Shown one piece after another: positions 28,429 to 38,314 of a stretch of DNA of 64,000 nt. Every line of letters begins with the position of its first letter. The stretch's first letter is position 1. Where the stretch lies: positions 2,226-66,225 of the forward strand of contig JBCDIS010000002.1 in assembly GCA_038748685.1 (NCBI GenBank), in the 5' to 3' direction. The stretch comes from Acidobacteriota bacterium. Its GTDB lineage: Bacteria > Acidobacteriota > Thermoanaerobaculia > Multivoradales > J023. Made by a program: the position numbers and the translations under genes. Below the pieces are notes generated by a model. That model was not told where the DNA came from and did no database searches. It saw nothing but the letters and a program-made list of their open reading frames with translations.

Positions 28429-28773
28429 ATGGCACAACGACAGACCCTGAACGTCTCTCTTCCCGAAGCCCAGGAGCAGTTCGTGCGTTCGCAGGTCAGC
28501 ACTGGTCGCTATCGGACCGCGAGTGAGGTGGTTCGCGACGGTCTGAGGATGCTCGAAGAGGCGGAACACCGTCGGCTGGTGGAGAAGTGGATCTACGCGG
28601 ACCTGAGCGACGAAGAGCTAGCGCTCTTGCCCGAAGGATTGAAGCAGAGGGCCCGAGCCCACTTTCAAAGCCTCGCGGATGCAGCGGTGGAAGACGTCAA
28701 GGAGGGCCGGGTCGTCGACGGGCCAAGTGCCTTGGCGCGCATGCAGAGGGCGCTGCGGTCGCGCTCTGAATGA
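28429..28773 (+). CDS. parD: Type II antitoxin, ParD family (ribbon-helix-helix)
   Basis: N-terminus LNVSLPEAQEQFVRSQVSTGRYRTASEVVRDGLRMLEE is the canonical ParD RHH. ATGA overlap with the downstream toxin. Confidence 0.8.
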   Translation: MAQRQTLNVSLPEAQEQFVRSQVSTGRYRTASEVVRDGLRMLEEAEHRRLVEKWIYADLSDEELALLPEGLKQRARAHFQSLADAAVEDVKEGRVVDGPSALARMQRALRSRSE

Positions 28774-29093
28774 GTCGCTTTCTCCTCACCGAGACCGCGG
28801 AAGGGGACTTGGAAGAGATCCTCGCCTTCATTGTCGAGCGGGATGGCGTAGGTCGAGCCGAGCACGTCTTGGGGCACTTCCTCGATGCATTCGACAACCT
28901 GGCGGCCTCCCCAAGGATCGGCCACCGGAAGAGATATCTCACCGGTGACGCATTGCGATGGTGGCCCGTGTTTCGATTTCTGGTTCTTTACGATCCGGAT
29001 GCCTCGCCGCTGACCGTGATGAGGATCGTTCACGGCGCACGGGATCTGGACCAGATCTTCGGCGGCACGCCGCGGCTCTCTCCCGAGGAGTAG
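28770..29093 (+). CDS. parE: Type II toxin, ParE/RelE family
   Basis: 107 aa. Motif RFLVLYDPDASPLTVMRIVHGARDL typical of ParE. Overlaps parD by 4 bp. Confidence 0.8.
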   Translation: MSRFLLTETAEGDLEEILAFIVERDGVGRAEHVLGHFLDAFDNLAASPRIGHRKRYLTGDALRWWPVFRFLVLYDPDASPLTVMRIVHGARDLDQIFGGTPRLSPEE

Positions 29094-29109
29094 TGGAAGA
29101 CCGTGTCCG

Positions 29110-29712
29110 TCAGGCGAGGTGGGCGCGGTCTAGCCATTTCTCGACCGAAACGGGCCTGGCTGAGGCGAGGCGATCCAGCAGGCGGACCGGATCGGCGTCC
29201 ACCGCCAGCATGGCGCGGGTCTCGGCGTGGAGGAAGCCCCGATCCACCATGCGGTCGAGCATGTCCACCAGGGGGTCCCAATAGCCGTCGACGTCGAGCA
29301 GTCCCAGGGGCTTGAAGTGGACCCCGAGCTGATTCCAGGTGAAGGTCTCGAACAGCTCGTCCAGGGTGCCGATGCCCCCGGGTAGGGCGACGATGGCGTC
29401 GGCCATCTCGTACATCCGCTGCTTGCGCTCGTGCATGGTGTCCACGAGGATCAGATCGGTGATGCCGTGGTGCGCCACCTCCCGCTTCACCAGCACCTCG
29501 GGTAGGACGCCGATCACCTTGCCCTGGCCCGCCATCACCGTGTCGGCGACGATGCCCATCAGGCCGACGTCACCGCCGCCGTAGACGAGGGTCGTGCCGC
29601 GGGACGTCATCTCCCGGCCGAGGGTGCGGGCGGCGTCGCCGTAGGCGGGGGAGGCGCCGGAGTTGGAGCCGCAGAAGACGGCGAGGGTGCGGAGCGTAGG
29701 CGAATCGGTCAT
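29110..29712 (-). CDS. LOG family cytokinin riboside 5'-monophosphate phosphoribohydrolase (TIGR00730)
   Basis: VFCGSNSG...GGGDVGLMG...[12 protein letters not shown] motifs. Confidence 0.85.
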   Translation of the reverse strand: MTDSPTLRTLAVFCGSNSGASPAYGDAARTLGREMTSRGTTLVYGGGDVGLMGIVADTVMAGQGKVIGVLPEVLVKREVAHHGITDLILVDTMHERKQRMYEMADAIVALPGGIGTLDELFETFTWNQLGVHFKPLGLLDVDGYWDPLVDMLDRMVDRGFLHAETRAMLAVDADPVRLLDRLASARPVSVEKWLDRAHLA

Positions 29713-29823
29713 GGTCGAAGCTCTCCGGGCAAGGGCGGATCGGTAGGTAGGGGAGCGGGGTTTGGGGCGGCGCCCGTGAAGGGCCGCCGGGCCGTGCGCA
29801 TCTTGGTGGTTCGAGATAGAACG

Positions 29824-32388
29824 ATGTTATACCGTCTGCCGATGGCACCACGACATGCGATTCATCCTGCGCCCCGCTCTGTTCCCCTCTCAGCTCCCCT
29901 CCGCCTCGGCGCGGTGTTTCTAGGCGCGGTGTTTCTAGGGGCCTTCGCCCTCATTTTGGGGGCCGCCTGCTCCCGGGCCCAGGACAGCGTTCCTTCGGCC
30001 ACCGCCGACGTTGCCGCGGAGCCGCGGGCCGCCGGGACCCCCAACCGGCTGGCGGACGAGCCCAGCCCCTACCTCCGGCTCCACGCCAACAACCCCGTCG
30101 ACTGGTACCCCTGGGGACCCGAAGCCCTGGAGACGGCGCGGCGGGAGAACAAGCCGATCTTCCTGTCGGTGGGCTACTCCACCTGCTACTGGTGCCACGT
30201 GATGGAGCGGGAGAGCTTTTCCGACCCCGAGATCGCCTCGTTGATGAACGCCAACTTCGTCAACATCAAGGTCGACCGCGAGGAGCGTCCGGACCTCGAC
30301 GAGATCTACATGACCGCCACCCAAGTGATGACGGGGCGGGGGGGCTGGCCCAACTCGGTGTTCCTGACCCCCGACCTGCGCCCCTTCTACGCCGGCACCT
30401 ACTTCCCGCCGACCCGGCGGGAGAACATGCCGTCATTCCGCATGGTCGTCGAAGGAATGCGGGCCTCCTGGCTCGACCGGCGGGGGGAGGTGAAGGACCA
30501 GGCTCGCAACATCTACCTGGGGATGGAGCACCTGCTGAAGGCCGGCCGGGAACCCGCCGGCCGGGTGGCGGAGGGGGCGACGGAGGCGACCCTGGGGCGG
30601 CTCGCGCAGCGCTTCGACGCCGAGCACGGCGGCTTCGGCGAGGCGCCGAAGTTCCCGTCCCCGGCGAACCTGCTCCTCCTCCTGGGGATCGCCGAGGCCG
30701 GCGACGGCGACGACGCCCGCCGCGCCCGGAGCCTGCTGGAGACCACCCTCGACGCCATGGCCCGCGGCGGGCTCTACGATCAGATCGGGGGCGGCTTCCA
30801 CCGCTACGCCACCGACCGGCGCTGGCGGGTCCCCCACTTCGAGAAGATGCTCTACGACAACGGGTCCCTGCTGGAGGTCTACGCCCGCTGGCACGCCCTC
30901 ACCGGCGACCCCGGGGCGGCCCGGGTGGTGCGGGGGACGGCGGCCTTCCTGGCGCGGGAGCTGACCTCCCCCCGGCGGGCCTTCCTCTCCGCCATCGACG
31001 CCGAGACGGATCACCGGGAGGGGGCCTTCTACGTGTGGACCGAGGCCCAGCTAGCGGCTGCGCTGAGCGCCGAGGAGCGATCCTTCGCCGGCCCCATCCT
31101 CGGTTTCTCCGGCGAACCCACGTTCCGGGACCCCCACGGCGGTGACCCCGGCGAGCCTCTGTCCTTCATCCTCCATCTCCCGGAGCCCCTGGCGGTCCGC
31201 GCCGCGGCGGAGGGAACCGACCGGAGCGACCTCCTCGCCCGGCTAGGGCCGATCCGCCGGAAGCTGCTGGACGCCCGTTCCACACGGCCCCGGCCCCTGA
31301 CCGACGACAAGATCTTGGCGGATTGGAACGGCCTCGCCATCGCCGGCCTCGCCACCGCCGGCCGCCTCCTGGGGGACGACGACCTGACCCGCCAGGGGGC
31401 GTCGGCGGCGGACGCGGTGCTGGATCTACTGCGCCCCGAAGGGCGTCTCCACCACGCCTGGCACGTCGACGCAGGCGGGGAGGAAGGGGCACCCTACGGC
31501 GACGCCTACCTGGCGGACTACGCCTACCTCGCCCACGGGCTCCTGGCCCTCCACCGCGCCACCGGAGAGGGGCGCTGGCTGGCGGCGGCCCGGAGCTTGG
31601 TGGACGAGGCCTTGGAACGTCTGTGGGACGACGACGCCGGCGGCTTTTTCACCGCCGCGGCGCGGGAGGACCTCCTGCTGCGCTCCAAGGCTCCGGGGGA
31701 CGGGGCCCGGCCCTCGCCCCAGGGGGTGGCGGCTTGGGTGCTGCTGGACCTCGCATCCGCCTTGGATGAAGGGGGGGCGGGCTACGCCGAGCGGGCGGGG
31801 GCTCTGCTGCGGGCCTTCACGACGCCGATGGAGCGCAGCCCGGGAACTTATGTGACCCTGTCCGCCGCCGCTGACCGCTACTCGGCAACGGTGGGCTCTG
31901 GGTCGACGGAGGGCTCCGGGTCGACGGCCGCCGGAGCGGAGGACGCCGGAGCGGAGAAGGCCGGAGCGGCGGCGGGGGGAGCCATCGCCGGGCTGGAGGC
32001 CCTGGCCCGGTCCAAGGTGTCGGCGGCGGCGGTGCTCGGGCCGGCGGCCGAAGACGGTTGGCGGACCTTCGAGGTGCGGCTGACCGTCGCCGACGGATGG
32101 CACGTCAACGCCCATCCCGCCTCCGACGAGTTTCTCGTGGCCACCGAGCTGCGCCCGGCCGGTAACCGAGGCCTCCGGGGCGTCGTCTACCCCGAAGGCC
32201 GGCCCCTGGACGCGCCTTGGGCGGAAAAAACGATCTCGGTGCTGAGCGGCACGGCGACCCTGCGGGGGGAGATCGCCCCCGGGGACGGCGGGGCCGCGGT
32301 GGAGCTGGTGTTCCAGGCCTGCGACGCCGAGCGGTGTCTGCCCCCCGTGACCCGTCGACTGCCCCTGGGGGAGGGGGGCGGCGGTTGA
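29824..32388 (+). CDS. Thioredoxin-domain protein, YyaL/DUF255 family (N-acylglucosamine 2-epimerase-like alpha/alpha toroid) with C-terminal DsbD-alpha-like domain
   Basis: [52 protein letters not shown] is the DUF255 thioredoxin signature. Signal peptide region. Start at ATG 29824 or 29842. Confidence 0.8.
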   Translation: MLYRLPMAPRHAIHPAPRSVPLSAPLRLGAVFLGAVFLGAFALILGAACSRAQDSVPSATADVAAEPRAAGTPNRLADEPSPYLRLHANNPVDWYPWGPEALETARRENKPIFLSVGYSTCYWCHVMERESFSDPEIASLMNANFVNIKVDREERPDLDEIYMTATQVMTGRGGWPNSVFLTPDLRPFYAGTYFPPTRRENMPSFRMVVEGMRASWLDRRGEVKDQARNIYLGMEHLLKAGREPAGRVAEGATEATLGRLAQRFDAEHGGFGEAPKFPSPANLLLLLGIAEAGDGDDARRARSLLETTLDAMARGGLYDQIGGGFHRYATDRRWRVPHFEKMLYDNGSLLEVYARWHALTGDPGAARVVRGTAAFLARELTSPRRAFLSAIDAETDHREGAFYVWTEAQLAAALSAEERSFAGPILGFSGEPTFRDPHGGDPGEPLSFILHLPEPLAVRAAAEGTDRSDLLARLGPIRRKLLDARSTRPRPLTDDKILADWNGLAIAGLATAGRLLGDDDLTRQGASAADAVLDLLRPEGRLHHAWHVDAGGEEGAPYGDAYLADYAYLAHGLLALHRATGEGRWLAAARSLVDEALERLWDDDAGGFFTAAAREDLLLRSKAPGDGARPSPQGVAAWVLLDLASALDEGGAGYAERAGALLRAFTTPMERSPGTYVTLSAAADRYSATVGSGSTEGSGSTAAGAEDAGAEKAGAAAGGAIAGLEALARSKVSAAAVLGPAAEDGWRTFEVRLTVADGWHVNAHPASDEFLVATELRPAGNRGLRGVVYPEGRPLDAPWAEKTISVLSGTATLRGEIAPGDGGAAVELVFQACDAERCLPPVTRRLPLGEGGGG

Positions 32389-33824
32389 GGCCCGGCGGGC
32401 CGGCGGACGGAGGCCCCGGGACCGGATTCCGGCTGCGATCGACGTCGGCGGATCCACACCGAACCCACGTCCTCCGGCCGGGAAGGAACCTCGTCGGCAG
32501 CGGCCGGGACTGCGATATCCGCCTCGACGGGAGGGGCATCTCCCGGCGCCACGCGGAGATCGAAGTGGACGGGGATCGCTGCACGGTGGTGGACCTCGGC
32601 AGCAAGAACGGGACGACGGTGGACGACCGAGCCGTCACCCGGGGGGAGCTGGCGACCGCCTCGGTGGTGGCCTTCGGCGCCTCCGCCTGGCGCCTGGAGG
32701 ACGTCGACGGGGACGACCTGGTGCTGGCGGTGGAGCTGGAACCGCCCCTGGGGGAGAAGTTTGATGGCGGTGTGGGGGAGGGAACCCGCGGCGACACCAC
32801 CTACCTACGCACCGCCGACGGCGAGCCGCCGGACCCGCCGCCGGCGCTGCCGAAGGGTGCGGTGGCGGGGGTCTCGGCACCCATGCGCACCGTCTACCGA
32901 CATCTCTCGACCCTGTCCCGGGGGGATGTCCCGGTCCTGGTGGTGGGGGAGACGGGGGTCGGAAAGGAGCACCTGGCGAGGGCCCTGCACGACGGATCCC
33001 AGCGCCGTGGCGGTCCATTCGTGGCGGTGAACTGCGCCGCCCTGCCGGCGGAGCTGATGGAGGCGGAGCTGTTCGGCATCGGCAAAGGGGTGGCTACCGG
33101 CGTCGCGGCCCGGCCCGGGCGGATCCGCCAGGCCGACGGCGGGACGCTGTTCCTCGACGAGCTGGCGGACCTGGCCCTGCCCCTCCAGGCCAAGCTGCTG
33201 CGGGTGCTCCAGGAGGGGGAGGTGGTGCCCCTCGGCGAGCGTCCGGCGACGGTGGACGTGCGCTGGGTCGCCGCCACAAACGTCTCCCTCGAAGACCGCA
33301 TCGCCGACGGACGCTTCCGGGCGGATCTCTACTACCGGCTGTCGGGCTTCGTGCTGGAGGTGCCGCCGCTGCGGGACCGGCCGGAGGATCTCCCGGGGCT
33401 GGTGGCGCATTTTCTGCGGCTCTACGGCGCCGAGACCCACACCGCGGTGCGGGGGATGACGGTCAAGGCCATGGGCCTACTGCAGGAGCGGGACTGGCCC
33501 GGCAACGTCCGTCAGCTGGCCCACGAGCTGCGGGCCCTGGTCTACCGCTGCGCCGATGGCCAGGTGATCGACGCCGCCCTGCTCGGCGACGATGGCGGTC
33601 GGGGAGACGGCGGCGAGAAACGGGGGCCCGTCGAGCGGCTGGCGGACCGCCTCGAGCTCGGCGACGTGCCCCTTGCCGTCCACCTCGAAGCCCTGGAGCG
33701 CCGCATGGTGCAGCGGGCCCTGGAGTCCACCGACGGCAACCAGAGCGAGGCGGCGCGGGTCCTCGGGGTATCCCGCAACGGCCTCGCCAAGCGACTCCGG
33801 CGCCTCGGCCTGTCGGCCCGCTAG
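32385..33824 (+). CDS. Sigma-54-dependent transcriptional activator with N-terminal FHA domain
   Basis: FHA ([34 protein letters not shown]). AAA+ sigma54-interaction domain ([19 protein letters not shown]; GAFTGA-like [10 protein letters not shown]; ESELFGH-like; DLYYRL). C-terminal Fis-type HTH ([23 protein letters not shown]). First in-frame start after the upstream stop is TTG 32385. Start is uncertain. Confidence 0.75.
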   Translation: MRPGGPADGGPGTGFRLRSTSADPHRTHVLRPGRNLVGSGRDCDIRLDGRGISRRHAEIEVDGDRCTVVDLGSKNGTTVDDRAVTRGELATASVVAFGASAWRLEDVDGDDLVLAVELEPPLGEKFDGGVGEGTRGDTTYLRTADGEPPDPPPALPKGAVAGVSAPMRTVYRHLSTLSRGDVPVLVVGETGVGKEHLARALHDGSQRRGGPFVAVNCAALPAELMEAELFGIGKGVATGVAARPGRIRQADGGTLFLDELADLALPLQAKLLRVLQEGEVVPLGERPATVDVRWVAATNVSLEDRIADGRFRADLYYRLSGFVLEVPPLRDRPEDLPGLVAHFLRLYGAETHTAVRGMTVKAMGLLQERDWPGNVRQLAHELRALVYRCADGQVIDAALLGDDGGRGDGGEKRGPVERLADRLELGDVPLAVHLEALERRMVQRALESTDGNQSEAARVLGVSRNGLAKRLRRLGLSAR

Positions 33825-33844
33825 CCCGGGCTAGGGACAAGCCC

Positions 33845-35113
33845 TCAAGGCCGAAGCCCGATGGGGACTCCGCAGGGGTCGCTGTGGATCCATCCCCCCG
33901 GCGGCGGCTCCGGGTCGTCGGGGAAGCGCAGCACCAGGGTGCCGGTGGGAACGCACTCGCCGTCGATGAAGACCCACTCGGGGGCCACCGCCGACAGCAG
34001 GTGCCCATGCTGATCGTAGACTTCGAGGGCCGCACCGCCGGAGCCGAACCGGCGTCCTGCGGCGAGGCTGGCGGAGGAGCGCCACAGCTCGCCGACATCC
34101 AGCGCCTCGCCCCCCAGGAGCTCGCGGTAGCCGCTGGCGGGGGCGTAGACCCCCAGGACGTCACCGCCGAGGGCTTGGGGGGCGGCGAACGGCCACAGGC
34201 GCTCGTCGGGGAGCGTGGGGGACGGCGTCCGCTTCAGCTTGACGGGGGCCAGGAAGGTCCGTTCCACCGGGTCGTACCAGGCGATCTCGTCGTCGCCGTC
34301 GGAGTCGAGGTCGGCGACGACGGGGATCGCCGTCGTGCCCCGGGTCGTCGTCCCCGCGGCCTCCCGCCCGATGAGGGCGAGGGCGTGGACACCCATCGGG
34401 CAGTCGGCGCAGGGGGCTGCGGGATCGTAGTCCAGCCACAGGATCTCCCGCGACACCGGGTCGAAGAGGGCGGCGTGGGCCCGGTCTAGATGTCCCCAGG
34501 AGCCGCGCCAGTCTCCGATGAGGGGCAGCCAGCCCTGCCCGGTGCCGGGGTATCGATGGCCGGCGCACCGCAATCGCCCGGCGACGGCGCTATCGGTCTC
34601 GCACAGGTAAAACACGCCGCTGGCGCTGTTGTAGTAGCCGACCCGATCCGGTCCGCCGGGGGTCTCGGGGCTGACTCCGAGGGGGCTGCGGAAGGGGACC
34701 ACCAGAACCTCGACGGTCCCCAGGGCTGAGGTTCCTAGGGCCGTGGTGAGTCGGTAGGTGAAGGTGTCGAGGCCGAAGAAGTTGGCGTTCGGCCGATAGG
34801 TCCAGGTGTCGCCGTTTTGAAGGATCGTGCCGTATCGGGGCGGTGAGTCGAGGGAGACGGCCGGGGGCGGAAAGGCACCGGCGGTGATGTCGTTGGCGAG
34901 CAGCTGGGCGGTGGAGAAGTGCAGCTCTTGGGCCTGGAGGCCGGAGAGGGAGTCCGGCCGCGGGGCGAGCCTTGCGGCGGGGGCGGCGGAGGTCACGGCG
35001 ACGGGGGCGCTGGTCGCGAGGACCGCCCCCAGCAGGATCCCCGTGAAGGCCCTCGCCAGGGCCCGGAGGCCGGGTCTGGGGGTCGGTGGACGGCTCTCTA
35101 TCGATGTGTTCAT
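33845..35113 (-). CDS. Secreted hypothetical protein with Ig-like/cadherin-like N-terminal domain and FG-GAP/VCBS-like Asp-rich segment
   Basis: ATG 35113 gives signal peptide MNTSIESRPPTPRPGLRALARAFTGILLGAVLATSAPVAVTSAAPA. The upstream 290 aa of the 716-aa track ORF is an alternate frame of the kinase gene and is excluded. DLDSDGDDEIAWYD motif. Confidence 0.55.
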   Translation of the reverse strand: MNTSIESRPPTPRPGLRALARAFTGILLGAVLATSAPVAVTSAAPAARLAPRPDSLSGLQAQELHFSTAQLLANDITAGAFPPPAVSLDSPPRYGTILQNGDTWTYRPNANFFGLDTFTYRLTTALGTSALGTVEVLVVPFRSPLGVSPETPGGPDRVGYYNSASGVFYLCETDSAVAGRLRCAGHRYPGTGQGWLPLIGDWRGSWGHLDRAHAALFDPVSREILWLDYDPAAPCADCPMGVHALALIGREAAGTTTRGTTAIPVVADLDSDGDDEIAWYDPVERTFLAPVKLKRTPSPTLPDERLWPFAAPQALGGDVLGVYAPASGYRELLGGEALDVGELWRSSASLAAGRRFGSGGAALEVYDQHGHLLSAVAPEWVFIDGECVPTGTLVLRFPDDPEPPPGGWIHSDPCGVPIGLRP

Positions 35114-35204
35114 GGAAGTCTCCGGTAGAGCGAGTATTTGAGGAAGATCTGTGGTGTGTCCCCCCGGGGGGGTCAGGTCTTTGGAACGCAAAAGGGATGC
35201 CAGC

Positions 35205-38081
35205 TCAGGGCTCGGCTGGGTCGGGCCAGCGGGCGTTGAGCCAGGCGCGCACAGCGGCGATCTCGGGGGCGTTGCGGGCCGGGGCTTCGCCGTAGAGGAG
35301 GAGGGCTCCGCGGGCGAGGCGCAGGGCCCGTTCCGACTCCAGGTCGAGGGCGCCCAAGGTCCTGGCGAGGGCGAAGTCGGTCTTCGCCCGGGCGTCGGCC
35401 CGCCGGTCCGCCTGCATCTCGGGGGCTGACGCTCGGCTGAGCAGGGGGAGGGCCCGCTCCGGGCGTCCCAGGTCCAGCTCGGCGGCCCCCAGGGCGGTGT
35501 GGACGTCGGCGAGGCGACCGTGGCCCGTACCCAGGGCTGCAGCCCAGTACCCTTCCGCCCGAAGCAGGTGCGGCAGGGCGTCCCCCGGGCGGCCGGCGAG
35601 GCGCAGGCACTCCCCCAGGTTGAAAGCCGCCTCGGCGATGCGGGGGTGGCCGGCGCGGTGGGTACGGGTTTGGATGTCGAGGGCCCGTTGGAAAAGGGGG
35701 ATGGCGAAGACGGGCTGGCCCTGTCGCACCTGGGCGCTCCCCAGGTTCGCCAGGGCGATGGCGACGTATGGGTGGTGGTCGCCGTGCCGTCGCTCGAAGA
35801 CGCCCAGGGCTTCGGCGAAGGCGTCCCGGGCCTCGGGGAAGCGCCCCGCGGCGGTGAGGGCGCTGGCGAGGTCGGTGAGGGACATGGCGACCCGGTCGTG
35901 GTCGTCGCCGAGGGCGGCGCGGCGGAGGTCCAGCGCTTCGCGGTGACGGCGTAGGGAGCCGTCGAAATCTCCGAGCTCGAGGTCCACCGCCCCAAGCTGG
36001 GCGAGGACGCCGGCGGTGTGGGGATGCCCCTGGCCGAGGTGGCGACGATAAAGCTCCAGGGCGCCTTCGAAGGCCCCGCGGGCGTCCAACCAGCGGCCCA
36101 GCTCGAAGGCGGCGTCCCCGACCCGGACGAAGGTTCCCGCCAGCGACAGGTGGTCGTCGCCGAAGATCCTCGCCTTGGCTTCGAGGGCGGCGGCGTAGCG
36201 GTCTCGGGCGTCCTCCACCCGGCCCTGTCGCATCGCCACCAGTCCCCGCAGCTCTAGGAGCTCGGCCGAGAGGGGCCCCGGGGCGGTGGACCGCTCCAGC
36301 AGGGCCTCGGCCTGGTGGGCGCTCTGCTCGGCGTCCTCCGGTTGTCGCAGCAAATGGGCCTGGACCCGGATCCGGCGCAGAAATCCTCGGGCCGCGGCCC
36401 GCTGGTGGCCCCCCGCCTCCGCCGCCAGCAGGGCGCGGACCAGGGCGTCGTCGGCGCCGTCGCCGTCGGCGGCCGACTCGTGGAATCGGGCCCGTTCGAG
36501 CCAGGCCTCCGCCACCGCGGGCCAGTACCCGAGGTCCTCCGCCCGGCGGACGGCGTCGTCCGCCACCGCCGTCCCCGCGTCGTAGTCCGCCACCATCCAC
36601 AGGGCCCGGGCTTCGGCGAGGCGGTCCTGGAGGGTGGTGAGGCGGGCGCGGCCCTCGGGGTCCTCCGGGAGCGCCGTCGGCGCCAGCAGGCCGCGGGCGT
36701 CAGCGCAGGCGAACGGAGGGGCGAGGGCCTCGTCGAGTCGGGCCCTCTGCTCAGGGGATGTCGAATCGACGTCGGCGACGATCTCCACCACCGAGGCGAC
36801 GTCCCGCAGGGATCGGTGCAGGCACTCCATCCGCAGGTCGAGGAGCTCCGCGCTCTGGTCCCCCCGCAGGTGGGTCGCCTCGCAGGCGTCACGGTACATG
36901 GCGGTCCAGGCGGTTCCATAGGCTTCGAGGCCGGCGGCGATGGAGCCTTCCGCCGCCGCCCCAGCCTCCGTCGCCCCAGGGCCCGAGCCGCCGTATCGGA
37001 AGAGGAGGGAGCGGGCGGACGGTCCCCAGGCCGACGCCAGCCGCTCCGCTCCGGCGGCGCATTTCTCCAGGGGGTCGGGGGCGCTCCGCGAGGTCAGCAG
37101 CCAGGTGGCGCCCCAGCCCGCCGCCGCGAGGGCGACGGCCACCCAGGCGGCGGCCCGCCGTCGTCGCCCCGGGTCCCGGGCCAGGTCCTCCAGCAGGGCA
37201 TCCATGGAGGGGTGACGGTCGTCGGGATCGAGCGCCAGGCCGCGGGCCAGGGGACGGCGCAGGTAGGGGGGCAAGCCGTCGCCGTCGTCCCCCGGGGTCG
37301 GCAGGCGTCCGGTCAGGGCGTGGAAGGCGACGACGCAGAAGCTGTACTGGTCGGCGGCGGGGCCGACCCCGTCGCCCCGCCGCTGCTCCGGCGCCATGTA
37401 GGCCGGCGTCCCGAGCACCGCGCCGACGCGGGTCCCGTCGCCCTGCACCTGGCCCTGGCTCTGCTCCTGGCCGGGGCCTGGGCGGGGCGACGGGATCTCC
37501 AGCCCGGGCTCCGTACCTTGGCTCGGTGTCGCCGCCGAGGCGCGGGCCAGGCCGAAGTCGAGCATCAGGACCCGGCCGTCGTCCGCCACCATCATGTTGG
37601 AGCCCTTGACGTCGCGGTGGATCAGTCCGGCGCGGTGTGCCGCCGCCAGCCCCCGCCCGGCCCGCAGCAGCACGTCCATCACCTCTTCCGGGGTCCGTCC
37701 CTCGGCCCGCAGCCAGTCGTCGAAGGTGACGCCCTGGACCAGCTCGGTGGCGATCCAGACCTGATCTCCGTCGGTGCCGGCGTCGTGCACGGAGATCACG
37801 TTGGGATGGTTGAGCCGGGCCAGGGCTCTGGCCTCGCGGATCAGCCGCGCCCCCCGCCCGCGGGATCCGGTCGGCAGCTTGAGGGCGACCCGGCGATCCA
37901 GCTCGGGGTCGTAGGCCGAATAGACGCGGCCCATGCCCCCTTCGCCGATGGGGTCCAGGACCACGTAGCGGCCGATCCCGTCGCCGCGGCGCAGCTCCGT
38001 CCGCGGGCCTCGGCCACCGAGGGTCTCGGTGTCGAGGGTCTCCGTCGGCGGGTCGGCGGTGTGGGGGTCGTTGGGTTCCAT
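35205..38081 (-). CDS. Eukaryotic-like Ser/Thr protein kinase with long C-terminal TPR region
   Basis: Hanks kinase motifs: GEGGMGRVY, VALKL, HRDVKGSNMM, DFGLAR, GTPAYMAPE. Then a TM segment (AAWVAVALAAAGWGATWLL). Then about 550 aa of TPR-like repeats. Start at ATG 38081 (MEPNDPH...). The alternative start is 38216. Confidence 0.8.
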   Translation of the reverse strand: MEPNDPHTADPPTETLDTETLGGRGPRTELRRGDGIGRYVVLDPIGEGGMGRVYSAYDPELDRRVALKLPTGSRGRGARLIREARALARLNHPNVISVHDAGTDGDQVWIATELVQGVTFDDWLRAEGRTPEEVMDVLLRAGRGLAAAHRAGLIHRDVKGSNMMVADDGRVLMLDFGLARASAATPSQGTEPGLEIPSPRPGPGQEQSQGQVQGDGTRVGAVLGTPAYMAPEQRRGDGVGPAADQYSFCVVAFHALTGRLPTPGDDGDGLPPYLRRPLARGLALDPDDRHPSMDALLEDLARDPGRRRRAAAWVAVALAAAGWGATWLLTSRSAPDPLEKCAAGAERLASAWGPSARSLLFRYGGSGPGATEAGAAAEGSIAAGLEAYGTAWTAMYRDACEATHLRGDQSAELLDLRMECLHRSLRDVASVVEIVADVDSTSPEQRARLDEALAPPFACADARGLLAPTALPEDPEGRARLTTLQDRLAEARALWMVADYDAGTAVADDAVRRAEDLGYWPAVAEAWLERARFHESAADGDGADDALVRALLAAEAGGHQRAAARGFLRRIRVQAHLLRQPEDAEQSAHQAEALLERSTAPGPLSAELLELRGLVAMRQGRVEDARDRYAAALEAKARIFGDDHLSLAGTFVRVGDAAFELGRWLDARGAFEGALELYRRHLGQGHPHTAGVLAQLGAVDLELGDFDGSLRRHREALDLRRAALGDDHDRVAMSLTDLASALTAAGRFPEARDAFAEALGVFERRHGDHHPYVAIALANLGSAQVRQGQPVFAIPLFQRALDIQTRTHRAGHPRIAEAAFNLGECLRLAGRPGDALPHLLRAEGYWAAALGTGHGRLADVHTALGAAELDLGRPERALPLLSRASAPEMQADRRADARAKTDFALARTLGALDLESERALRLARGALLLYGEAPARNAPEIAAVRAWLNARWPDPAEP

Positions 38082-38314
38082 GGACACGGTGGTGTGTGGG
38101 CTGGGGCTGCCCCCTCGGTGGTCACCGGCCTGCGCACGGAGTGGGCGATCCGAAGGCTCGGGCGGGCTCCGGGTGGCTCCGGAGGCAGGTGAACCAGGCG
38201 CCGGAGCCGGTGGCACCTGACTTGCTCTTGGGGCCTCCGGGCACCGGCCTGATGGGTTCCGGTGCTCTACGACCTAGTACCTAACAAGCTTCGATCTACC
38301 AAGGAGTTGTCGAT

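Noticed and set aside
35114-35995. N-terminal 290 aa of the 716-aa minus-strand ORF 33845-35995
   Set aside because: This segment overlaps the kinase gene in another frame and is Ser/Pro/Thr low-complexity. The gene was trimmed to ATG 35113, which gives a proper signal peptide.
35173-38192. Overlapping ORFs 35173-36600, 36315-38192 and 36758-37609
   Set aside because: They are alternate frames of, or antisense to, the Ser/Thr kinase-TPR gene. The kinase frame alone shows Hanks motifs and TPR periodicity.
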